64,000 bases of DNA from Camelus dromedarius (lineage: Eukaryota): positions 114,888,001 through 114,952,000 of the forward strand of contig NC_087436.1 in the NCBI RefSeq assembly GCF_036321535.1, written 5' to 3'. Below, one piece after another: positions 50,280 to 63,835 of the stretch. The notes below the pieces were generated by a model. The model had not been told where the DNA came from, did no database searches, and saw only the letters and a program-made list of their open reading frames with translations. Position numbers and translations under genes: made by a program. The stretch's first letter is position 1, and every line of letters starts with the position of its first letter.

Positions 50280-51149
50280 AAAGTCAGTAGTGACAGTCTC
50301 TGCTCTGCCTTCCAGTAATTTACAGTCCAGTGACTTTTCGTCCCATTCATCCAAACAACACTTCAGTCTTTGTGCTTTATTCTTCTTAGTTCTGCATCTT
50401 CATGTGTGAGCGTCTCCTGACTTTTTGTTATTATTTCTCATCTCATCTCCCTCTGTTTTCTGCCTAGGCGATTTCATTCCACTTCTGTGGCTTATATTAT
50501 CAGCCCTTTAATCACCACCAAATACATCCCTTTAATCCTGACCTCTCTGTTCCTGCCAAGCTCTGGACCCATATTTCCATCTTTCTGTTGTGCATTTTTC
50601 CTTGGATAAAACCAACAAATTACTGCACACCGTGCTGCTTATGAAAAAGGGGTTGAGGAAGGAGTCTATTAACTGAATGACAAATCGAGTTCATGATATA
50701 CGACTTTAAGGAATCACAGTAAATTTACCAATCCCAAAGCTCCATTGTTTTTTAGAAAACATTTCAGTAATGTAAGCACTTGAGAAGACACAGGAAAACA
50801 TGAATTAAAAAGAGATTTTTATGGTGAGTAATGGAAACATTGCTGGTGTTTTGGTTTTCTTAAACATAATTACTCTAAGTCAAAGAAGTGGATACATTTG
50901 AGAGCAAACAAAAACTCTGAACACAAAATTCCTTCCAAAATAAAAATGCAAATTTCAAAGTGAGTACACTAAAGCCCTCCTTTGTGTGTTAAGTGTATTT
51001 CTGTAATCCCCCTATCAGAGAGCTTACGGTAAATGCTTGTGTTTGATCTAAAGATTTCAAATAAATGACTCAACAAGTTTAAACTGAAATCTTTGGCCAC
51101 CTCCTCCTCACACACACCTGTTCCGTCTCCTCTTCTCACAGTCTTGGTT

Positions 51150-53150
51150 GGTGGCATCATAAAAGTAATGTATACACATTCTTTGAGAAATCAAATGTCA
51201 CTAGTAAGTAAAAAAATGAACACCACTTCCTATTTATCCAGAGTCCCACTCCTTAGTAGAGTTATTTACATTTTTATTTCTTCTAATTGTTAATAAAATG
51301 ATATTAAACAATTTATTATTACATGTTTCTCTGTCAAATCTGCTGAGAAAGATTAGGACTTTGGGTCACATACACTATCCCCAGTTTTGTTAAATGTTAT
51401 AATTAAAATTGCACTTCTTGTTCTACCAAATTTGGAGAGTATTTCTTGATGCCCCACCCTTTACAAGGAGGAAATTAGGCTTAACACACTCTTAACCTCC
51501 TTTCTTCCTTGTATCTCTCAGGTTGTGTCAGCTGTATAATTTTTATCCAGCATCAGAGTTTTAACATTCACATCCTGCTTTGTGATTATGTTTAAGTGTT
51601 TTTGCTGTTTCTAAAATTGATTCTAAAAATTTGAAAGCAAACAATTAGCCTTTACAGTATAATGACAAAGTCAATGTAGTAAGAGTAACTGTTCGGGAGA
51701 ACCGAGTGGTAGGGTTGGACTCAGAGTGAAGAAGTGCAATTCTGTGCTGCTTAGAGTTGGCAGAGAATAAATGTCTTCTATTCTAACTGCTCAATATCAT
51801 GCTGCATTTTAGCTCGCTTTCCACTTAAGCCAAGATATTCTATATATTCTCTAGTTTTTCTTGGTATTTCTAATTGTTTTCTTCTACTTGCTGACAGATA
51901 AACCATGCGCTTTATTGACCATTTCCATTGAATTTCCTGGGTTTTAATCTTATCCTTTGTTTAATAATGTCTACTTTTTTCTTAAAGATAAAACTATTAA
52001 AGTGTCCCAAATTCTATTCAAATTGGAACTTCTGCTTTATGAGCAGAGCCATTTTCCCAGAATTTTTTCCATTATATTCTTGCATTAATCAGGCTAGGTT
52101 TAATGCTGTAATATCTCCAAATTTCAGAGGCTTAATTTCATGGAAGTTTCATTTTTCACTCGCATCACAGTTCATCTGAGACTAAAAGGGAGCTCTGCTT
52201 CCTGCAGACATTCTGGAAACAGACCCTTCCATGGGGTGTCTCAGCTATGTTCTAGGTTTTGCTCTCCTCTGCAGCTGGCCAGTGGGTGCGCAAGGCTGGC
52301 GATGGGGGAGGACACCTGTGCTTCTGATCTCTTTGGGCTAGACGTGGTGCACGTGACTTCTGACCCTTGACGAGAACTGTTGTATGGCTTATCTAGATGC
52401 AGGAATGCCAGGACATGGGTCCACTGTTTGCCTGGGGAGAGACGGAGAACACAGCTTCTACCATCACGTCTGAGTTAATCGCGCAGGCTCCTCTTACAGC
52501 ATCTTCTTTTGTTCTGCTGGAATATGTAATAAAGGTTATTTTTTCCACCAGAAGGCTGTACAAAGACAAATGTTCTGATCCCTTTTATGTCTAGAAATGA
52601 TTTTATTTTACTCTCATGGTATTGTGACGAGGTGTGGAATTCTGATTTCAAAATAACATTTTCCCTTAAAACTTGATAACCCTTTCCCTGCTGTCTTGCA
52701 GCATTAAATTTTTTTTTTATCCTCCATCATATTCTTTCTTCTTCTAGAACTCTTTTAGAGGAAGGAGGACCCTTCCAGGTTGATCCTTTAAGATTTTAGT
52801 TTTACCTTATATCACTTCCTTTTCTTTGTTTCAATTTTGTGTTCTGTAGTATTTTCCTCAGATCATGCTATTCAACATTTAAAAAATTTTTCAGCCATCA
52901 TATTTTAAATTTCCATGAATACTTTCTTGTCTCCTGATTAATCCTCTTGTATCAGCCTACGCTTATCTCATTGATGTGTCTGTTCTCAAATATCTCTTAG
53001 AATACGCATTAGAATTACTTTGAAAGTTCTCATATTCTGTGGATTATCTCTGTTTATTCCAGTATTCTTTTTGTCCATCTCGATTCTCCTGTTTTGTGCT
53101 TTTTTATCCCTCACATGGTTGGAAATCCTTAGTTGTTTAAAATAAGAAAC
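51150..53150 (-). mobile_element. Ancient HAL1/L1 ORF1-type relic, interrupted by a MaLR LTR
   Basis: T-rich antisense text such as ttttatgtctagaaatgattttattttactctc…gtggaattctgatttcaaaataacattttcccttaaaacttga, resembling antisense L1 ORF1/HAL1. Confidence 0.5.
52081..52466 (-). mobile_element. Old MaLR LTR (MLT1J-like)
   Basis: aggctaggtttaatgctgtaatatctccaaatttcagaggcttaa…gaagtttcatttttcactcgc…cacgtgacttctgacccttgacgagaac. Confidence 0.65.
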
Positions 53151-53337
53151 TGAAGGGGATTTCCTTTATGGGTAGGTCTATTTTTCCGATTCTTCAAATG
53201 TCTCTTACGTAATTCTGCTTAGAAGAGGGGTATTCTTTTAATAATCTGGGGAACTAACTAATATACTAGAAGCCTTAACCTTTTCCAGAAACATCTATCC
53301 GTTTTGTCAAGAAGCAAAGCTCATCCTATTCAGTGTC

Positions 53338-53826
53338 TGTGGTGTGGAGGATAATGGTCTCCCACAGCTGCCTGTTTCCTAGTTCCTGGCCTCTGTGAAT
53401 ATGTTATATTGTCTGGGGCAAAGGGGACATTAAGTTTCAGATGGCTTTGAGATTGCTAATCTGCTGAGTTTCAGATGCAAAGTTATCTTGTGGTTTCCAG
53501 GTGGGCCCAATGGAACCACGAGGATCCTTCTGAGTAAAAGAAGGCAGCAGAAAATCCATTGTCAGAATCCTGGAGAGATTTGCAGGGAGAAGAGTCGATG
53601 AGTCAGGGAATGTGGGTAGCCATCCAGAAGGCGGGAAAGGCTTGGAAACTGACCCTGCCCTGCAACCTCCAGAAGAAACACATTTCTTCTGGCACTTGAA
53701 CCTTGGTGCAGTCAGACCTGTTTCAGACTTTTGATCTCTAAAACTCTTAAGATCAAAATTTTTTTTTGGTTATTTTAAGCCACTAAGAGTGATAACTTGT
53801 TATAGCAGCAATAAGAAACCAATAAA
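53338..53826 (+). mobile_element. MaLR solo LTR MLT1D/E-like
   Basis: tgtggtgtggaggataatggtctccc…tgtgaatatgttatatt…ccaggtgggcccaatggaaccac…ttgttatagcagcaataagaaaccaata. Confidence 0.8.
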
Positions 53827-53839
53827 GTCTTATGTTAAC

Positions 53840-55760
53840 GTTTGACAGGGTTGATCATTCTCTACTACTTTCAGTTTGTATTTATTTATTTAATTGACAT
53901 GTAGTTGGTTTGCAATGTTGTGTTAGTTTCAATGTACAGCATAGTGATTCAGTTATACATTTATCTATATATTCTTTCTTCCTATGCTTTTTCATTATAG
54001 GCTATTACAAAATATTGAGTATAGTTCCCTGTGCTGGATGGTAAGACCTTGCTGTTTATCTATTTTATATATAGTAGTTAGCGTCTGCAAATCCCAAACT
54101 CCCAATTTATCTACTTCTTGTAAAAAATCTCCCTTGGATGCTGTGGTCCCATGCACTCCTGTTTTCCTGTCATCTCTCTGGTCCTTATTTCAGTCTTCTC
54201 TGAAGTCTCCTCTTGACTTCTAAATGTTGAAGGGCCCCACGGTTGGGAAATGGGCACCTTTTTACCTTTCGTTCCTATACATTTCTTTGGGATGATTTCA
54301 TCTGTGCCTTTAGTTCTAAGTATCATCTTTATGCTGGTGACTCCAAAAGGTTTATCTTGAGCCGAGACCCCATCTGTACCCTCATGGAATTGTGTACTCA
54401 ATCTCCTACCTGATAGCCCACCTTGGGTATTCCATAACTCTCGCAGGTTTGACATTTCAAAATTGAATTCACGATTTTCCCTTGAATCTCATGACTTCTG
54501 CCTCAGCTGGCTGCGGCCATAGTAATGCCGTGTAAGCAGCCACATCAAAACGAAGTGACAGTGCGCAGGCATCGTGACGTGCACTGGTCTGCGGTGGCTG
54601 GGCTGGCTCTTACTCAGGTTTACAGGCCAATAATGTAATCTGTCTGTCCTGACAGAGGTTCTCCCACCCCAGAAAATGCCTTTGCCTGCAATTTGGTGCA
54701 CTAGCCATCAATGAGGGTGTTAATCTTTATCTATCCCTCTCTTCACCCTCACACCCATTCTGTAGAAGTCCTTCATTTCTTGCCTTCAAGTATATCTCAC
54801 ATTTGCCCACTTCTCACCCTCCACTTCCACCACCACATCCAAACCACTGTAATATTCTTTTCTGGAGACCAGAGATCTTTATTCATTTCTTCATTCATTT
54901 GATACATAATTAGTAGTTTCCTCCTCTTAAGTGCCACATACAGGACTTCTCTTACTGACCCTAAGTTAGAGTCTGCCTTTATTTTCCATCAGAACTGATT
55001 CACCAACTTCATGGCACAACTCTTATTCTATGAACCAGAGCAAAAACACTGACTAAAATAGACATGACTCTTTGGAGATTACAATCTAGGGAGGGGAGCG
55101 AAACCTTTTCTCTTGTGTCTCTGTATCCTCTTGTGCCTTCTAACATCCTGTCCACCTCAGTGGAGCCAGAGTAATTTTAATACTGAGAGAGATGATGTAA
55201 CCTCTTGCTTAGACTTTTAATGGCTTTGGATTATGGCAAGACCAATATAAAGTTGCCCCATAGTGGCCTACCAAGCCTCGTTTGACCTCTCCTTGGCTAC
55301 TGGTTAGCCTCAGCTCAGCTCCTTCCCATCCTATGTCCTGTGTCCCATCCACAAAGACCTCCTGTCGTTTTCAGTTCCAGCACACACCAAGCCCCTTTCA
55401 GCTCAGACGTAGCGCATGCCAGTCACCTGCTACCCAGAACAGCATGTTCCTAGATCTTCATAGTATGTGTCAAGTCTCAGCTTAACAGTCACCTTCTCAG
55501 TGGCTTCAATAATGACTTTAACTAAGACTCAGGCTTCTAACCTTTCTCAGAGTAATTTGTCCAATAACTTTGCAGGGGACTCTCCATTTGCAGATATGTA
55601 TGTGTGTATTTATCTGTTCAGTTCAATCTGTTTCTTCCAACCAGGCCTTGCTTAGGATCCAGGTTTGTTTTACTCACTCCTGTGTACCTAGTGCCTAGTA
55701 CAATATCTGGCGTGAAGTAGGCCTTCAAAAAATGTTTTTAGGCTAAACCTATTTATGAAT
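53840..55760 (+). mobile_element. Fragmented LINE-2 relic (ORF2 3' part and tail)
   Basis: ttgacagggttgatcattctct…, atgctggtgactccaaa…, cccacttctcaccctccacttccaccaccacatccaaaccac…, ctagtgcctagtacaatatctggcgtgaagtagg. Confidence 0.7.
53871..54109 (-). mobile_element. Short 5'-truncated L1 3' UTR inside an L2
   Basis: caatgttgtgttagtttcaatgtacagcatagtgattcag…tattgagtatagttccctgtgct…cccaaactcccaatttatc. Possible TSD TCTACTACTT (53861-53870) / TCTACTTCTT (54110-54119). Confidence 0.85.
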
Positions 55761-57189
55761 GGTAGTATTTCAGGCATTGGTGAAAAAGTAAAATGGGAAG
55801 ATGTGAGCATTATAAAGTTGGGTCTGAAATCCCAGGGGTGCCTTATTGGCATCCCTCAAACCACAAAATTCAGGCTTATTGGTAAGCTTGGCCTCATTAG
55901 AAGAAATTATTTTATAATTAGGTAAAACTAGGGCAGGGCAGGGTGAATGACTTTGCAGGGTCGCACAGGAAGATGACTGTGGAGCTGGGAGAAAGCCAGG
56001 TCCCTAGCACAGGTCTAGCCACTGGAGGCCAGGTCCTTACATTCAGTTCCCAATATGGGTCCTGCAGGGGCAGCTCAAAGTTCCAACCGCACTGTGACCC
56101 ACTCACCCAAGAGGGGCTGGAGAGGGGAAGGCTCCTGCCAAGTTTGAGAGTTTCCAGGCCACTTTGCTTATGGTTTGGCTTGGGGTTCCTATTTCCCTTT
56201 GCCACTGCCCCTTGGGCTCCTGACCTTAAATCCAGCTCTCAGTCTTTTCTCCTACTCAGAATGAACTTTTAATTGTATTTTCCATTCAGGGTCTTTAAAA
56301 TTGGCATTGCTTTGCTTTTGTGGGTTTAGCTTGACCTTTAATGTTCTCTTGGCAGATTTCTGCTATTGGAGGGGATGGGATGTTTGATTTGTTAGAGAGA
56401 ATGGAGTCTAAGCTTTGGACTTCAGACCCTTAAGCTTTCCGTTACAAACAGAGAGATGACTAATAACTATTTAGTGTGTAATGATGGCTTAGCAGTATTT
56501 ACCACTGATTTAGGCTCTCTGGCTCCATTACCTAGGATATTTTCCTGACTTAAACATTTCTCAGTTCTTTAGCCAACAGCTGTCCACATTTTTTTTAAAG
56601 TCCCCAAACCTCCAGAAATTATGATTTCACATTTCTAATAGGCTCCTTTCACTGTTCAATCAAAAAGACCTCTTGTGCCTTGTAGCATGTGTCCCCAGGT
56701 GAATTTCATACAAATCAAAAGTGGAGAATACAAGCAAAGGATAAAGCCCAGATCTTCCCTAATGGGGCCCACACCCAGCACCTTCATCCCTGACTCTCAG
56801 CTGAGTCTGGAGCAGGTGTGTAAAGGAACAAGGGGCAAACATAGAGGGGAAGAAAAAACACAAAAAGAAACAACCCTTGAAAGGACAGGAGTGTCTGACT
56901 TGCCCCTCTCATCTTTATCAACCCCTGCAGTCTCCTTCCTGGTGGGAGAGGAGGTGAGCCCACAGAAGAACTCAGAGGTAGTTAGCCCTGTAGGATGTAC
57001 TCCCAGTGAATGCCTGAGCATGGTGATCACTCAGTCACCGTGGCATTCGAGAAATACGGATTGATTTGGGGGGTACCGAGACATGAGAGACAGTCTCCAC
57101 CCTCTGTGGCATATATGTATTTTTAAGTTTACGGCCTGGATAGTAAGGAGTGGAGAAAGCACTGGGGGTTCAGAATCCGGTTTGTAACA

Positions 57190-58130
57190 ACAGTAATTAC
57201 AACAATAAATAATTTGATAATTTATGCCATTTACAGAGAGGTTTCCACGTGATAAGCATTACACTAATTGTTTTACAGCACATGCCCATTGAATTCTCTT
57301 TACAAGCAGAAGAGGTAGGAGGGGGCACTCATAATACAGACGAGAAAACTGCAGCTCAGCCAGACTTTTCTATTGACTTGTGCCCACAAAGTCCAGAATT
57401 GGTGAATTCAAACCCTAATCTCTCTTACCTTACGTCCTGCACTTTTAACTATAATATGAGTGGAAGTTTGGCGGGTTGGAGATTGAGATTTCCAATGACT
57501 TTTCTAGCTTTGTCACTGTGTGAGTCTGTAATACATACAACTCAGGGAGTATCAGTGGAGACTGAGAGATGACACATGTTCTGGGCATCAGGCCTGGAGG
57601 CTGCACGGTTGGGAAGTTAGAGCTCTGAGCTTGGGATCAAAAGGCTGTAACTTTGGTCCTGACCCTGCTTCTTACTGGCTGTAAGACCTTGGCTTCTTCT
57701 TTTCTAAAATGAGGATTATTATACCAAATTTTACTACTTCTGAGTATTGGGGATTGGGAGGTATGAGCTAATAGGTAAAAAAAAATTTTGTAAATTATAT
57801 TGAACTTTGAAGTTGTAAGGAACTTAATGTTACATTCATATTAGACACTGCTAGACATGGCTTCTGGTTCTATAAACTAATAATGACAGTTGTCATCTAT
57901 CAACTGCATATTATGTGGTAGGTGGTAGGTGATGTGTTCAGTGCTCAGTGTTTTAATTTAATCCTGGAAAGAAATTCTTCAAAGTATGTATTATTACTCC
58001 CCATTTTATAGAAACACACAAGCTCACAGAGGCTAAGTAACTAAATTTTTGGAATGAGGCAGTGGATAAGCTAGGATTCAAACTCAGATCAGTTTGACTT
58101 CACAGTTCCTTCTCTTTCTACCATGCTGCT
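57190..58130. mobile_element. Cluster of three MIR relics (~57190-57450 -, ~57610-57820 +, ~57880-58130 -)
   Basis: MIR cores: tacagacgagaaaactgcagctcag; ctgcttcttactggctgtaagaccttgg; cccattttatagaaacacacaagctcacagaggctaagtaact…ggattcaaactcag. Confidence 0.7.
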
Positions 58131-58269
58131 TCCCTGGACAGATTAAAACATACCAATGAATGCTAGAGCCGGAAGCTGTCCTACAGAGCATCACATCTGT
58201 CACACCATCTACTGAAATTGTTCAGTAAACAAATGCAAGGCCTTTGCCTTCAGTGAATGTCATGGATCT

Positions 58270-58760
58270 CCTGGACAAGTAGTAAAAACCCCACGGAAGC
58301 TGGCTTAGAAGAGGGACTTCAGTGGCTTGCATAAATGAAAAAGCAGTTTCAGGCATAACTGTATCAAACTGCTCAGCCAGTATCATCAGGATTCATTTTC
58401 TTCATCTTTGAGTTCTACTTTTCCTTTGTTTTGGCTTTTTTTTTTTTTTGTATTCTATGTGATTGCTCATGGCAACACCAGGCTTACACCATCCTTGCCA
58501 TGGGTAGTCTTAGGAGAAGAATTCTCTCTTGAACCTTGATCTTATTTGTGCCAACCTCAGGTAGGTCATTGCTGAGCTGGTTACTGTATTCATGGGATAG
58601 ACCACGTGGTTCATTGAGATTTGACTCCCATGTCCCATCCAAAACTATATGTACTGAGCTTGAGGGAGAAATTTGTTGCTGAAAAAGAAATCAGGCTGGT
58701 GTTGCTGGAGGAAGGGGATATGAATGGTGGGCAGGAAGAAATAAAAGATACCTTCTGTGC
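58270..58760 (-). mobile_element. Old MaLR LTR (MLT1K-like)
   Basis: caagtagtaaaaaccccacggaagctggcttagaag…ggcttgcataaatgaaaaag…tttcaggcataactgtatcaa. Confidence 0.55.
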
Positions 58761-60719
58761 TCACAAAGACCCAGATTTATTTGGGGAAATCATTTGAGTT
58801 GCTTCCTTATATGGCCACTATCTTGAAATTTCCCCTTGTCACCTCAGAGGTGGATGCCATGGCTCCTGTTTCGGCATAGAGCACCTGACAACTCCCTGCT
58901 AGCACACAGCATACCGGGGAATGTTGGTGTGCCGAGCATAAGAGAAATCCTCAGCAGGTAGGTCAGTGGTAAGGTATGTACAACAGACAGGTAGAATTAA
59001 GAGAAGCAGCAGGCACAGATACATTCCTAATTGGCACTGGTGGACATGACAGTCACATACACAGGTAATAAGGGAAAATGAAGACCCTCTTTCCATTCAG
59101 ACTGCTTCTGTAACTTTTTAAGTAAGAAGCATTGATCACATTTTCTCTCCTCATTCAAATGAAACTCCCAATTTGTGAAGCTGGAAGAGCTCTTTAGAGA
59201 AATTTGACCCAACGCCCTTTTTGAACTTGACCAAACTGAGATGTGGCTTTCCTAACATCACATGACTAGTGAGAAGTGCAGCTCAGCCCAGAACCACAAA
59301 CTCTTGACTCGACACCTCCCTGAAGGACAGCTGGATAATGTAGGTCTCCTGAAGTGCATTTTATATGAATAAGTGAAAACCTGGCATCCAGTGAGCATGG
59401 AAATTTCTGCTGAAGACTCATATATTCTTTTTGGCCTTGAATGTTCTCATAAACATTACAGTGCTGTAAAAATGCTTACAGACTCAAGACCTCAATGTTT
59501 GTGCTCCTGTTCTGCCTTAGATTAAGTTAAATATTGTTTGTAGATGATACAGATAAATCGGCTCAACCATGAGCCTGTCTGGATGGTTAAAAGGACGCTG
59601 TTTATTTCTCTAAGAGGTTGCCCAGCTGGGTAAGAGGGCTGTTGGACTATTGCCTCATTTCACACACAGCCTTCCTATTTGTTTCGGACTTGACTTCAGA
59701 GAATGCACTTAGCTGGGTTGCCTGGTTGTCATTTGTCAAGCTTCTATTGGATTCAAGTGCTCCAGTGGCAGTGAACTTGTCATCTCCCTCCCTCCTGACC
59801 CTTCCCTCCCAGTGCCAAGGGTGGTGCCAGCATTCTGGGACTGCTCCATCATTGGAAACTGAATTCACCGCATGAAAGAGTGATTGATTAATTAGAAAAT
59901 TAGAAGAGGTTCTCAGGCTTCAAGTGTATGAAAGTGTAATAGATGAGTGACAGGGAACAGTTGGTCCCTGTGTCCATTCAGGCAAAGAAAACAATGAAAA
60001 AGAGATTTGTGCAAAGCTGTTGGAATGTAGAAAAACCGTTAGGAAGGACAAACCGGCAATGACTGTGAAACTTGTTGAAATGTTTTTGGCTATAGGAAGG
60101 GCATTGGAAGTAAGAAAGTGCTTTGCCATTTATTAGCTGGGTGACATTGGAAATAATCATTGATCATCTCACCTTCTCCTCTATAGTGAAGCCTGAAATG
60201 ATAGCTGAGCTCATGAGGTTGTAGGAAGGACAAAGACTGAGTAATGCATGAAGACCCTCACACAAGGTTTATATGTAGTGTTTGCTTTGCATGCTAGTCT
60301 TCAACTTTCTCTTTTCTTTTTCCACCTTAATATTTAATCTTTTCTTTTTACTCAAATAAGTAAAATAGGCTTCCAAAATAAGAAAATAAGAGATGATGAA
60401 GGCTTGAACTAAGGCAATAGAAATGGAGAGAGGAGAATGAGAAGGATTGAAAAACATTAAGAGAAGCTGGATTGAGAGAATTTGGTGTGTGAATGGATGT
60501 AGAAGTTAAGAGAGAAGAAAAGGCAGTGCTCTTTCCAGAGATGGGAAGGGATGGTGTGTTACCAGGTGATCCAGGTAGATCAACAGATTAATAATCATAT
60601 AGTCAAAGAAAGGCTCTGTCTTCCCATGTGTGAGGTCAAATCAACTTAGAGTTACTTTTGCATATTGAGAAGCCTGAACCGGAAGCAAAAGGTTTCATTT
60701 TCCACCCCCGGCCCCTAAT

Positions 60720-60922
60720 CCCATGAGACTCTACAGCCATGATTTCCACACCGGGCTTTGCTTCACGGTCTCCTGAAGTGATTCTTCAACTTACGTCTTC
60801 TTGGGCTAGCCCTCCAGAGATTCTGATTTACTGGTCTGGAGTTGGGGGACTTGGCTTCCACGTTTATAGACAAGCTCCAGGAGTGATAATGATGCATTGA
60901 CAGGACTAAAGATTAAAACACA
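60720..60922. mobile_element. hAT-Charlie MITE relic (MER5A-like)
   Basis: cctccagagattctgatttactggtctggagttgggg…acaagctccaggagtgataatgatgca. Confidence 0.55.
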
Positions 60923-61269
60923 GGAAGACAGGGTTCACTGTCAATATTCTATCAACCCTAGACATTTCCAAAGACTGTCACCTAAGGAACACACTGGGGT
61001 ACTCTGAAAGAGCGAATTCCTTATATTTTGCACCTGTCTACATGTACCTTTGGATTACCTGGTGACTGTGTCAAACCTCTTTCTTTTCGTCCCCAGTTTT
61101 AGGGTCTGAATTTCCTTGATTCTGAGTTGAAGCACCCTTGGTGGGGAGAATGGGAGAAGCTTGACCAGCATCAACTTCTTTAGGACTAGAAAGAAGCCAG
61201 AGGTATCTTTTTTGGGCATCTCTGAACTTGAGAGCAAATGAACATCCACAATCTTATTTCTATTATAGC

Positions 61270-61420
61270 ATTTTTAAAAAACCTGTCCGTTCTTTTTATA
61301 AAGTAGGTATAATTGTGTCCATTTCAAAGGTGAGGAAACTGAGCCCCAGAGTGTTCAGCAATTTTCCTAAGGTAATCCAACAAGGAAAAGTCAGGACTTG
61401 TGTTTATATCTGAATTCCTT
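61270..61420 (-). mobile_element. MIR SINE relic
   Basis: gtaggtataattgtgtccatttcaaaggtgaggaaactgagccccagagtgttcagcaattttcctaaggt. Confidence 0.7.
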
Positions 61421-61706
61421 CTCTTTCCCATTTCTTTTCTTTCATTTTTCCCATACCACCTGTCTGCTTCTTCCACTGCGTTACAAGCTTTTTGAGGAAA
61501 GGGCTCATATATATATATGTTTTCCTTTTATACCTAGCACAGTACTTTGCACACAGTAGATTTTTAAAAAAATGTCTGCTGAATAAATGAATAGTTCATT
61601 ATTTTTAACAGTCTTATTGGTTATTTTTCAAATTAGCATGAAAATTCCAGGAGCATAATAATGGTCTTGTGTCCTCCTTGGTTTTGCCAGTGTGTGGCCT
61701 GTGAAA

Positions 61707-61718
61707 AATTGCGCAATT
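61707..61718. promoter_or_regulatory. Perfect palindromic C/EBP site (AATTGCGCAATT)
   Basis: Contains ATTGCGCAAT with its CpG retained, in repeat-free sequence. Motif match only. Confidence 0.3.
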
Positions 61719-62695
61719 AACACCAAATACTCATGAAACTCTTGTGAAATGAGTATAAACTGAATGCCCGGCACAAAGGACAGGCGTTCGTTTCTGTACC
61801 GCATTGGAGCCTTACCTTAACGCTCTATTGGCTTAATGCAAATACTAAGTGGGGTCTGGGTTTCATGACTGACTGAGTGAGGGCAATTGCCAGGATTGTT
61901 ACAATTTCCTTTTCTGATGAAGCTATCAAAACTGCAGCTGTAGAAGTCAGCCCCAGTCCAAAGGGTGCATCTCTGCCCCGCAGTGAAGTACTGCTCCGTT
62001 CGTAGCCTGCTCTGGCTCCACTAAGTCATGGCTTCTTTACTGGTCTCTGAGAGTACGCCAGGCACCTACCAGGGAAGTGGTGGATCAGGACGTGAGGCTT
62101 CAGCTTGCTCTCTGCCCAGAGCAGAGCATGGAGCTGATGGCCTCTACTTAGCTAAAGCCCATGCCAGCCTGGGTGCCAGCTTTCTGGGTGCAAACCTTGA
62201 GTTACAGCTGTAATAATCAGACTGATCCCAGCTCACTGCACAAAAGATGTTTGGGAAAAATAATTTAATATTAAGCACACAGCTTTGCTTAATTTTAGTT
62301 CCATCAATCTCTGCAAGGCACCTCCCTCAATAAAATGTGACCCAACTAAGATTTTAAAAATACGTATTTAAGTATTGATGCCCTGTTAGGGTGAACCTGG
62401 CCACTGCGATTCTCTTAAGTGGGCTCTGTCCTTCCCAGCAGCCCTGTGGTATGTATATGCATTTGGATTTTGCCGTATCTACCAAGAATTATTCAGTCTC
62501 ATATCTTAGACCCTACAACTGTGGGTCATACACTGTCAAGTGAGCACAACAACCTTTTGCAAAATGATAGATTATTATTATCAATATTTTGATAAAATAT
62601 GTAATATTAGACATGCATTTTGAGAGCAGATACTGAGTGTGCACTCTGGAATCATATTCTTTAGATTTGAATCCTCAGTGTGTCACTTACTAGTT

Positions 62696-62933
62696 TGGGG
62701 TTTCTCAACCTCAGCATTATTGACATTTTGGGCCAATAATTCTTTGTGTGTGTGTGGAGGGGGGTGGGGTCTGTCCGGTACATTGTAGGATGTTCAGTGG
62801 CATTTCTGGCCTCTACCTACTAGCTGTGAATAGAATCTTCCCAGTTAGGATGATTAAAAATGCCTCCAGGCGTCGTCAAGTATCTCTTTGCTTAAGGTGG
62901 AGTGGGGTGATTTTTCTGGGTAAAGAACCGTGG
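62696..62933. mobile_element. MER20 hAT-Charlie MITE inserted into a MIR (MIR halves ~62610-62695 and ~62934-63110)
   Basis: ggtttctcaacctcagcattattgacattttgggccaataattctttgt…cattgtaggatgttcagtggcatttctggcctctacctactag…aaagaaccgtgg. The flanks join into a continuous MIR core (cacttactag|ctgatggccttgggaaatgtttaaacctctgtg). Confidence 0.85.
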
Positions 62934-63689
62934 CTCTAGCTGATGGCCTTGGGAAATGTTTAAACCTCTGTGGGATTTGATTCCTTTTAACAGTAAAAAT
63001 GTATATAATAAAACCCACCCTTTTCTGTTGTGAAGAGATACAACACATAAATCCATCAGCACACGCTTTGTATACAGAGCACAGTAAACATTAGTTACTA
63101 GTATCAGTTATTTATCATTGTTTATCATAGACACGCAGTATAGTCAGATCATGCTAAAACTGGGAAAACAGAAATAAAAAATATTAACCTGTTTTCCCTA
63201 CATTTGTAAAGGAGTTTGACTCACAGTAAGATTTAGAACAATCAGAGCTGGATATCCTAGGGTGACCTTGTCCAAGTCCGACCCTACTAACCCTTGAGGT
63301 ACATTTTTTATTTTTATCCTAATACCCAAATAATTTGTTTGTGTAGAAGTTGCTTAAGACCATAATATGAATGTAAAACAACAAGTTGATATATCTTTAA
63401 AAAGTATTGAATTTCAAATAATTAAATTCTTATTTGATTTCCCCACTTAATATAGAGCCCAGCTAGAAATTACCCCAGTTGTTCCCTTGGAAAGACATCT
63501 CATGGCCTAAGGGCATGGCCCAGTGGGATCCAAAGATGAACCTCACACGGTATATAAATCTTCTGAAAAGACCAAGAAATCCTGAGTGTATGGGCATTTT
63601 CGCCAGGTTCCATGATATCAATCCAGTTCTCAAAGGGCTTCTTCGCTCCCTAGAGGTAAAGAATCACTGTCCAGCTTGTTGAGTTAAAG

Positions 63690-63835
63690 TGAGAGGTTAG
63701 TTTGGTCATCTTCAGAACTCTGCTACTGATGGTCAGTGTGATGATCTGTGTTCCCTGGACTTCAATTTTCCCATCTGTAAAATGAGCATGATTGAACTTA
63801 CTGATCTCTAAAGTCCCATTTCATCCTAACTTCCT
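63690..63835 (+). mobile_element. MIR3/MIR relic
   Basis: ctggacttcaattttcccatctgtaaaatgagcatgattgaacttactgatctctaaagtccc. Confidence 0.65.
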
